The translations under genes and the position numbers were made by a program. A stretch of DNA of 63,608 bases, counting the filler, from Lenisia limosa (lineage: Eukaryota; Protista; Breviatea), in assembly GCA_001655205.1 (NCBI GenBank). It is 16 parts of 16 records of this genome, joined end to end, with 100 filler letters (N's around TTAATTAATTAA, not from the genome) between each part and the next. Parts side by side here need not be neighbours in the genome. Positions count along the whole stretch, not along the records: positions 54,436 to 59,484 come from LPNZ01007387.1; positions 59,585 to 61,221 come from LPNZ01001781.1; positions 61,322 to 62,388 come from LPNZ01006871.1; positions 62,489 to 63,608 come from LPNZ01011530.1; 12 more parts are not named here. One strand, written 5' to 3'. Shown piece by piece: positions 54,436 to 63,608 of the stretch. How positions within the stretch are numbered: the stretch's first letter is position 1; every line of letters begins with the position of its first letter. The notes beneath the pieces are model-generated. The model was not told the DNA's origin. It worked only from the letters and a program-made list of their open reading frames with translations, and ran no database searches.

Positions 54436-57400
54436 CATCGCGGGAAGCTTGTGAGTCTTCCGTGGAAGATTGGATGACTCTGATGGGTTAAACTGTTGCT
54501 GGGACAATGCTCGATAAGTACAACAAATATGAAAGAAATACAACTGAGAAACCCCACTAAAAAGATAAGCCAAAGCCAAAACAATCCACCCACTCTGCTT
54601 CTAGGGCTCTGTTTGTGGATTTCAGGGACTGGATTTCCAGCTTGAGACGCTCCTCTGATTGACCTGCTTGCGACTCCAGAAACTAGGGAAATCAGAGAGT
54701 TTAAATTGAGCCCTGATACTTTCTCCGGAATCAAATAATGTCATTAGTACCCCCCCCCCCCNNNNNNNNNNNNNNNNNNNNNNNNNNNNNNNNNNNNNNN
54801 NNNNNNNNNNNNNNNNNNNNNNNNNNNNNNNNNNNNNNNNNNNNNNNNNNTGCTGAGGCTGAGAGGTCTTCTGTGTGGTGATCATTGAGGACATCAGAGC
54901 GAGGAAATATGGATAGTGGAGGAGTCGGTCGAATATAGTTTTCTTTCACTTTTTGACAATTTTGGACAAAGAATGCTTCCAAATAGTCAAATAATAGACT
55001 TATTTAGCTTAGAAAAAGCAATGTAAAATACCCCCCATTAGTTGGGACAAGGAAATCCCACCCTGGAGCTTGGCCTGAAGTAGCAGGAACGACGACTGCT
55101 TCTCCTCCAAATCCCTGCGTAATCTGCTCTGAACCACCCTGTTCTCCTCCAAGCTGCTCCGCTGCTCTGCGGTATTGGAACGCATGGCTGTGAGCTCAGC
55201 TTCTAATGCTCGAACCTCTGACTGTGGGAGGGGGATCGGAAGTAAAAAAAAAAACCAAGAAAGAGAGTTTGAACATACTAATATCAGAAAATTTATTTTT
55301 AAAACGCTACAAACACAACACAGAAGAAATACTGCTCGTATCAAATCATGCCAAATAAGTCTAATGCCAAAAAAGTCTAATACCAAATAAGTCTAATACC
55401 AATAAATCTAATGCCAAATAAGTCTAGAAGTTGGGAGGGGCATACTTGGAGACGTTCTACCTCTTGGCGGTGCGATGATTGGCATTGGAGCAGCTGCAAT
55501 GACTTGGCATTAAGCTGGTCATCAAGGCCTGCGCAATGAAGCTCCAAGCGTGACGACTCACTAAACTGTAAATTCACAGAACAGTCCACTCCGATCCCTA
55601 CCCACATGCAATAACCTTATGTTAACCTCTCATTCACACTCTCAAACTAGCCCCCCCCCCCCCNNNNNNNNNNNNNNNNNNNNNNNNNNNNNNNNNNNNN
55701 NNNNNNNNNNNNNNNNNGTTTCGGCCAAGGCTTTCGTTTTCTCAGACATAAGGCGCTTCTGTTCTTGCAATTCACGATGCATCTGGTCGCGAGCAGTGAG
55801 CGCTGACTCCAAGTCTGCGCGAAGGGCTGTGAGTTCGGAATGGAGTGTTGCGGCGGCAGAGGCGGCCGCTTCCAGTTCATGATTGGAATGTTTTACGTGG
55901 GAGAGTTCCGCTGTTAGCTGAGCAACATCTTCCTGAAAACTAGTTAAAAAAGGAGCAAGAGAGTATTACAAATAAGAAAACAGTTCAAACGAAAGTAAAT
56001 ACTTTTGTCTCACCTTCAGATTTTGACAAGTTGCAGTGAGAGTTGCAACCTTCCGTTGGGATTCAGTTAATCTATCCTGGAGGTGCTGGACAGTGGCTTT
56101 CTGGTCTTCACAAGCCCATTTAAGGGATCTCTTGTGCTGAGCCTGAGTGCGGTGAGTCATGCACATCTGCTTCCACATTTAAAATGTAACAAAAAGTTTG
56201 ATTTTATAAATACATATGATGTACCCCCAGACCTTTAGTTCTTCAATTGACTCGTCAAGGTCAGCTTGTGATTTAGATGACAGCAATTCCGATGTTTTCC
56301 TAACAGAGGCGATTTCTTCATTTGCTATGATTTTGGCGTTTTCAACCTCTGCAGCCCACTTGTCTGTCAATGACGCAATTGTGGCGTGGTGGCGTGCATC
56401 TGAGTAATTAGGATTTTCGTAATTCTGATCCTAATAATATATTGAAATGGACAATAAAAATATCTGGCAAATGATCATTTGTAGGTTCTTTCTGTATTCA
56501 CTGTATTCACTCTTTGCTATTATCACATGTGCTGTTTGACACTTCAATGACCCCACCACCCTTACCATGATCACGGAGTAGGGACTCGGATCTGCTGTTC
56601 AACTCTTGAAGTTCGTCTGCATGCTTCTGTGAGGTAGGTTACAAGTATGGCGTCATTAATACTAATGAGTGGACACAATGGATTGATTGTTACAACGAAC
56701 CTGACTGTGCTTGTAGTATAATCAATGATATTCCAACTAGAAAAAAAAAGAGCGACATTTTGGTGTGTTCCATGATACACACTCATACCTGAGTCAACTT
56801 GGAGAACTTGAGTTTCTCCTGTGCCAACTCTTGGAGAGCTCCCTTCAGTTGATCTTGTGCACTCTGGCGGTGTGACAATTTTGAATAGAATTAATTGGTA
56901 CAAAAAGTAAAACGGTCCACGAATCTAGAAAAAGACTTCAATTTCCATATGCTAATTACAAAAGCCTACTGCAAGTTGCTGTTGCTTTGCCTCTAATCTC
57001 TGACTCTGGGCTGCGAAGACATGGGCATTCTACGGGGTAAATGTGTCATCAACATTGGTTATTCCACAGAAGGTACAATGAAATTGACATACAGGCCAAC
57101 TTATCGGCATATATTCTGAACAAAAAAAGTGAATGACCTTACCTTAGATGATTCAGTTTCCAGGCTGCTCTGTAAGGCGGAGATCTCGGCCGCGAGCTGT
57201 GCATGTTTCCTCTGGGCTGTGTCAACCTGGGGCGGAGGGCGGGTCAAATGGTACGTCATAAATATCATATTTCATTACCAAAGCTACCAGTAGAAACATA
57301 TTAATCAACTCTGTTGGTAAATATTTGTGAACAAAAACAAACACAATCCAGGCTAATCGCTCCTGCATCCTAACACTCGGGGGGGGGGGGGGGGNNNNNN

Positions 57401-59335
57401 NNNNNNNNNNNNNNNNNNNNNNNNNNNNNNNNNNNNNNNNNNNNNNNNNNNNNNNNNNNNNNACCATTGTTCAGAAGCATCCAACGGAAAAGACAGCCAG
57501 GTGGAGAGCTTCAAACCTTCTCATTGCATTTTGCTTCCATTGAGCGAATTGCACAGTCCCTTTCCTATACAGTCATTACTGTTAAACGTTTTGACATAAC
57601 AATGACGCTATACACATAGTAGTAAAATTTAACATAAGATATGATCATTCGAAGAGAAATCATGTAACATTGTCTCACCCCACCCACCAATTCAGCGTCT
57701 TTGATTGCAGCGTCACGTACTTCTGCGGCCTTTCTGATACGGTGCTCAGCATCACTCAGTGCATTCTACTCAATGAGTATTGGAAGAAAAGCATAGTGGG
57801 AGGTTCGATTAGGTTCATATTAATTTGTAACCATTCCCCCACCCCTCACCACTACAGCCATTTCAGCCTGTTGTGCACGGTTCAAGTTGGCTTCGGCAAC
57901 TGCTCTGAGATCTTCAGCCGTTTCCAATGCATCTACTGCACTTTCAGACGTTTCTTCCAACCTGCTCAGTTCCTGCGTACGTGAAGTGCAGAAAGTTGCA
58001 ATTCATTGCTGTGTATATTTTGCACTAGTTTATTATCATTTTGCAAAATATGATTACTATCATTGTTGCTTAACACAAGTCCTCACCTCAACAAGCTCCT
58101 TATTGGCGTGATTGAGGTCGTCAATTCTCTGTTGGAAGCTGGTGTTGTCTCTCAAGGCAGCGGTGAGCTTATCTTCGAGGTCGCTCTGCTGGCATAAAAG
58201 ATGGCAAAGCACACAGCATTCACAACACGGGGGGATAATTTATCAATAAAACAGAATAAAAATGTGGTGAGCTGTAACAACACTGCTAAGTGTAATACTA
58301 CATAAAGTATAACAACCACAAACAGTATCAGTAGTGGGAGTCTGGGGCTGCCTTATGACAGCAATGGTGGAAGCCTCGTTGGCATGTTTGAGTTCAGTTT
58401 TCAGGACCACAAGGTCGGCACGTGACCGGGCCTCAGCATCGACAGAATCGGCCCACTTAGCATCCATCTTGCTGAGGGCATCACGCAGATCTACTGTCTC
58501 AGATTCCAGCGCGTGGGATTGCGTTCGCACACGTAACCTAATAGGATAATAAATGTCATTTTTCAAGTTCGGAGAAGTTTGATAATAGTACTCGTGCACC
58601 GTTAGAAATACAGCAGCTCACAGTTCTACCCTGGACAATTCCACAAGGTCTCGCTGCTTTGAGAGTTCCTCCTCTACTGTCTTCAGCCCCTCAGCCAGTC
58701 CTTGTGTGTGGGCATAGTCTGCACTTAATTTCTTCTGGAGTTCCTGGGCAGAGTTAAAGTGTATGTACAGTCTAATACTACAGTATAGCCACTGGGTTGG
58801 TGATTTACACTAGAAACGTATACCATGGGGGTAATGGGTCTAATGTATTATATAATTTGCAAAAAAGGATCAAAGGGAACATCTCCATTCCCACTTCGAG
58901 TTCGACTCGCGTCTCCATTGTGATGTTATCCGACATTTGAACGCTCTCTTGCAGGTCACTTTCAATGGACTTTCGCATAGACTCTTCTTTTTCCGCAGCC
59001 TGCGGGGTAAGGACATATCACATAACCTCAATATGTGACAATATGATACAAAATACTATCAGCGGTCCAAGTGTTTCATTTACCCGAGGTCATCACCCCA
59101 ATCTAACTGCACCCATCGGAGTCCACGATACATGCGGCTGACCATGTTGTTTACATATAGTAATATATGTGTATTATATGATGATGTAATTATGTCCTTT
59201 TCTCCTGTGTTGTCTGTAACATATGTCCATTGCCGAAAGACCCACAGCAAGAGCCTCAGCAAGTTGCCTCCTGAGCTGAGCTTCGGACTTGGAGAGGCTG
59301 TCAAGATTCTCCCGGGACTCATCATCCAATGCAGT
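54436..59335 (-). CDS. Long multi-exon coiled-coil protein (partial at both ends)
   Basis: Many GT-AG exons with heptad-like content, e.g. TALDDESRENLDSLSKSEAQLRRQLAEALA, QSHALESETVDLRDALSKMDAKW, SEVRALEAELTAMRS and FLESQAGQSEERLKLEIQSLKS. Confidence 0.7.
55349..55427 (+). repeat. 16-bp minisatellite, 5 units
   Basis: T(G/A)CCAAATAAGTCTAA units, located in an intron. Confidence 0.85.
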
Positions 59336-60228
59336 CTGTCAAGATGAGTTTGTGATTGTAACCAAAAACAATAAAACAATTAGACGCGATCTTCGCTCCT
59401 ACGTTGTATTTTAGATTTATTAATGCAAAACTCAAGAGAGAATAGTACATAATATCACATAAAATCAAAAGAATAAAGCCCCCCNNNNNNNNNNNNNNNN
59501 NNNNNNNNNNNNNNNNNNNNNNNNNNNNTTAATTAATTAANNNNNNNNNNNNNNNNNNNNNNNNNNNNNNNNNNNNNNNNNNNNATAGGAAGGCGTTCAT
59601 AACGCCATAAAGCTGCCGTTTTATTGCAGGGAATAGGAAGGCGTAGTTTAACCAAACATGTTCATTGAAGGTGGATGTGTATGTCTTTGTCATTGTTTTT
59701 TGATAGAGAGTGCAGAATGATTATGATGACTCCTTTTTTCACCCCTCCTCTAACCTACTCTATTAAAAGAATCTCTTTGTTGTCTCTGCTGTTGCACTGA
59801 TGCTTGAATTTAGAATAATATTTATGTTGGTAGAGGGGTAGACAATAATAGTACAATAGAGATTTCGATTTCGAGACTTTTCTTTCCTATCAATTCACGT
59901 ATTTTTACTTCTTTTTACTGTTGGCCGCTGGAGTAGAAAAGGAAGTGAGGAGGGAGAATATATAATAGTGTATTTAAGTATTTAATCGATTGAAGCAAGA
60001 AGGATGGAGCGTCTTCTTTCCCGCTAAAGATCACGTTTGCCGAGGCCTATTGCCTCCTTTCACCCCATTCGCCTTCCCTGATGACACAATAAGCCATGAA
60101 ACATCGCTAATTGCAGCAGTTGAGAATGTCAGCGGATCTACCCCCTCTCCCACAACCATCCCCCCCTTTCCCTCCTGCTCTCTATGCTTCCACGCAGTCT
60201 AATGGTTAGTGGGTGGATTATCTTTGCT

Positions 60229-60292
60229 TTCTTAACACCAACAAAGGAAAGACTATTTAGTCCCATTATCTTTCCTTTGTTGGTGTTAAGAA
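60229..60292. repeat. Perfect 24-bp inverted repeat with a 16-nt loop
   Basis: TTCTTAACACCAACAAAGGAAAGA / TCTTTCCTTTGTTGGTGTTAAGAA. Confidence 0.9.
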
Positions 60293-61142
60293 GTCCCATT
60301 ATGTGTATGTTTTTTTTTGCATAGAATATCTTATCATGTTCAGTGGTTGATGTTCTATCTTTGTTTTCATGTTTTTTTTGTCTTATTTATTAATTATCTT
60401 GTACTTTTAGAATTTTTTTGAATTAGCATCCTTTTTAGTCTCATTTGAGAGTGTTATTATGAGCCTTCTTATATGATCAGGATTATGGTAGGAAGACATA
60501 ATACTATTAATATAAAATCGTCCCTGCCGAGGTCTTTTTGGTCCCTGCATCACATATTCTTTTTGGGATTTCGATGGTTTGTGATTTATTCAAGATTTTT
60601 CGAATTTATCGAGTGTTTATCAAGGATTTATGGGATTTATCACGGATTTTAGAGGATGTTTTGGATTCGTATTGGATTTATCGAGATATTTAGTGTTTTT
60701 TTGGTGTTTTACAATTCTCTGACAGATTTTGTTGGTTATTTTTTGTGCTGTTAAACTGTTTATTATAGTTATTCGGGTTGACATCTTTCTTGCATTTCCA
60801 AAAGGAGTTTGGAATCCTTGATGCTCAAGCAATAGCCAGATATGATGACTTTTATAAATCCTCGATAAACACTTGATCAACCCCGATATGATATGATATA
60901 TACATGGTATATTCTGTTAATTGTGTTTTGTTTTCTCAATTTTCCATTTTCTCTTGTTTTGCCCCTCTGAAACATAGTAACGCCCCCCTTAACAAGATAC
61001 GATCTTTTTTTTTAACCCTTATCATCCCAGGAGAAACAGCCTACGACGGCAGTTCGGACTCACTTGCCTCCCTACCCCGGCGTGACCCTCCAAAACTGTC
61101 GAGACGGATGACATTCCATGCCGGCCGGCAGCAGGGTGAGTG

Positions 61143-61221
61143 GAGTGGGACATAGACAGTGGGGTGAGGGGAGTGGGACATAGACAGTGGGGTGAGGGGA
61201 GTGGGACATAGACAGTGGGGT
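61143..61221 (+). repeat. 28-bp G-rich minisatellite, ~3 units, running into a gap
   Basis: Unit GAGTGGGACATAGACAGTGGGGTGAGGG, starting just after a GTGAGT donor. Confidence 0.85.
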
Positions 61222-61528
61222 NNNNNNNNNNNNNNNNNNNNNNNNNNNNNNNNNNNNNNNNNNNNTTAATTAATTAANNNNNNNNNNNNNNNNNNNNNNN
61301 NNNNNNNNNNNNNNNNNNNNNAAACTTGTTTATATTTATAATCCAAGTGTGGGTGCATACTTTCTATTTCGAATTGTTAATCCTCCTTCCTAGAGTGGTG
61401 TGCTTTAATTTATTATTCCAGGGACAAAGTCCTTTAAAGCGACCCACCTACATGTCTCCCCTTACCACACCCTCGCTGCCTGATCTCTCACAGAGCATCC
61501 CAGAGTCAGCTCATGGCAAAACTCTCTT

Positions 61529-62015
61529 AGCGAAAGGTATGAAGTACATTGTATTTAATGAGACTAAAAAAAATAGGAGTAACTAGGGAGTAACCAGCCT
61601 CTTCTTGGTCTCTGCCATGTCACGGTATTCTGGCTATGCGAGCTACCACCCCTGCTGGCCTGCAGACCAAACAGGTTAGTAGAACACTGTTCTTGATTGA
61701 ACTAATTGTATACTTTCTAGAACGAAGCCACTGTAGTATACCTTTCCTTTTTGAACGACTTGGATGGGNNNNNNNNNNTGCGAAAGGTATGAAGTACATT
61801 GTATTTAATGAGACTAGGAGTAACTAGGGAGTATGACCAGCCTCTTCTTGGTCTCTGCCATGTCAAACCCAGTATTCTGGCCATGCGAGCTACCACCCCT
61901 GCTGGCCTGCAAACCAAACAGGTTAGTAGAGCACTGTTCTTGATTGAACTGATTATATACTTTCTAGAACGAAGCCACTGTAGTATACCTTTCCTTTTTG
62001 AACGACTTGGATGGG
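61529..62015. repeat. ~240-bp tandem duplication split by a 10-N gap
   Basis: 61529-61768 ~ 61779-62015, with scattered substitutions and small indels. Confidence 0.8.
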
Positions 62016-62986
62016 GTGAGGCATGAGCTCTCAATGTGTACCACTTGCCACCACAGCCTTGCCAAGGACTGTCTGGTGAGACGACCTCTTGATATTGCTT
62101 GTAAGTTGGCTGATTTTAAAGTTTCTTATCAGCTTCTCTTTGACACTTGTAGCTTCCGACCTCAAACCATGCCATCACATTCAAATTGCTAAGGAGTTCA
62201 TTGAACCGGTTCACCATGCCGAGCTTGAGTAAGCGCACATATTTATCTCTTGACGTATCAAAATTGTGCCAGGAATATGGCTTCTTCAAAAATTTCAAAA
62301 TTGGTAGATAACATCTTCAACATCGCCAATAACCTCAAAAAACCTATCACTGTAAGAGCTGCAGCTGAATTTCTGAATGTAAGCTGGTNNNNNNNNNNNN
62401 NNNNNNNNNNNNNNNNNNNNNNNNNNNNNNNNTTAATTAATTAANNNNNNNNNNNNNNNNNNNNNNNNNNNNNNNNNNNNNNNNNNNNACTACATAATAT
62501 CATAATAGAGATGAGAATTAAAACAAGACTTTATCAAGCAGAAGAAGTCAACATCATCACACTTATAAGAGATATTGGATTATAGTATATGTTAATACAC
62601 CCAATCATTCCTTACAACAGTTTGGTAGCCCCCCCCTATGGAAGTATGAAGATAGGTCATAAAGGATGGAGAGCAGGGGGGGGGGGGANNNNNNNNNNNN
62701 NNNNNNNNNNNNNNNNNNNNNNNNNNNNNNNNNNNNNNNNNNNNNNNNNNNNNNNNNNNNNNNNNNNNNNNNNNNNNNNAATTGAAGTGCGACCTATTGT
62801 AATGTTAACCCAATTTCAGACACTTTTAATTTCAAATTAGTTTCTTCAAAAATATTAATTGCACGGAGCCCTAGTTAAAACTCTTCACTTCATTCCATGA
62901 CCACATACCACGATTTGGTTGTACGGGTCCATGAAGAGGTGCTCCATCTTCTCCGCCACCGTTTTATTTCCAAACTGAGTTGTGAG

Positions 62987-63088
62987 TACGGCTTCACTTC
63001 GGTTCGAAAAAACTCAGAAGAATAGCGATAGTTTTCGAGGATTTATCGAGAAAATTCAGTCTTTTTTTTGAACCGAAGTGAAGTCCTA
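62987..63088. mobile_element. hAT-type MITE copy
   Basis: TACGGCTTCACTTCGGTTCGAAAAAA...TTTTTTTTGAACCGAAGTGAAGTCCTA, flanked by GTTGTGAG and GTTGAGAA (8-bp TSD, 2 mismatches). Confidence 0.8.
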
Positions 63089-63237
63089 GTTGAGAAATTG
63101 GGAGCCACTCCGGTTCAAAAAGCTCGGAAAACTAGCGAAATAATGTGTACATACAGTGACCGGGATACGTCTTGACCGAATTGCTATGTGATTTCCCAAA
63201 GAAAATCGGTCAAGACTTACATATGATATGGTATATA

Positions 63238-63314
63238 CACTGATCGCGATAAGTCCTGAAACGAAATTGAGCTTTATCTTTAGTCAATCGTGTCAGGACC
63301 TATCGCGGTCAGTA
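63238..63314. mobile_element. Tc1/mariner-like MITE copy
   Basis: TA|CACTGATCGCGATAAGTCCTGA...TCAGGACCTATCGCGGTCAGTA|TA. A related element lies at 63154-63220. Confidence 0.65.
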
Positions 63315-63608
63315 TATATTGATGATTTATCAAGAAAACCAGTAATTTTCTGGATTGAATTGAACCTTTGTGAGAAAGTGATTGATGTATTATATATACT
63401 ACGGTGTATCGACTTGGGATTTTTGTGAAAACGGCGGAATTCCCGTATTTTACATGGGAAATCCCATGGATTTTTTTGGAAATTCGAAGAAATTATGGGG
63501 TTTCTATCATATATAAGGGAATACCAAGTCGACGCGCCGCAGTGTAGTTACGTTATTATATTATATTACGATATTTACACACACAACAAAACGATATATA
63601 TTGCGAGT

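Noticed and set aside
60077-60104. CTGATGA...GAAAC hammerhead-like core
   Set aside because: No stem II pairing and no stems I/III.
61529-62388. LHTFR as a tyrosine-recombinase motif and adjacent short ORFs
   Set aside because: It is followed immediately by a stop, with no catalytic H/Y region. The region is a duplicated fragment of unknown nature.

Overview
Draft eukaryotic, protist-like genomic DNA that is intron-rich and repeat-rich. It is not one contiguous locus: 15 N-flanked TTAATTAATTAA spacers join 16 unrelated scaffolds, and many internal gaps start at poly-G/poly-C runs next to splice sites. Recognisable genes are a complete RPL5/uL18 hosting two paralogous double-guide box C/D snoRNAs, the 3' part of RNA polymerase III subunit RPC2 (POLR3B), the 3' part of eIF6, and a DEAH helicase (DHX16/Prp2-like) fragment. 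Less certain genes are a hemerythrin-domain gene, a Cys-rich GCC2/GCC3-like membrane protein, an E/K-repeat protein ending in a CaaX box, a putative membrane class III cyclase, an LRR gene and two long coiled-coil genes. Mobile DNA includes a decayed Penelope-like (Naiad/Chlamys-type) retroelement, hAT-type MITEs with 8-bp TSDs and Tc1-like MITEs. The most unusual observations are (i) a dispersed intronic repeat that is always co-oriented with its host gene, runs into the C-tract/AG acceptor, and in one case makes up almost a whole intron (Introner-like), and (ii) 24-28 nt introns with apparent GT-TG ends in the helicase fragment. All gene models were read by hand and need RNA-seq confirmation. 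The organism cannot be named from this window.
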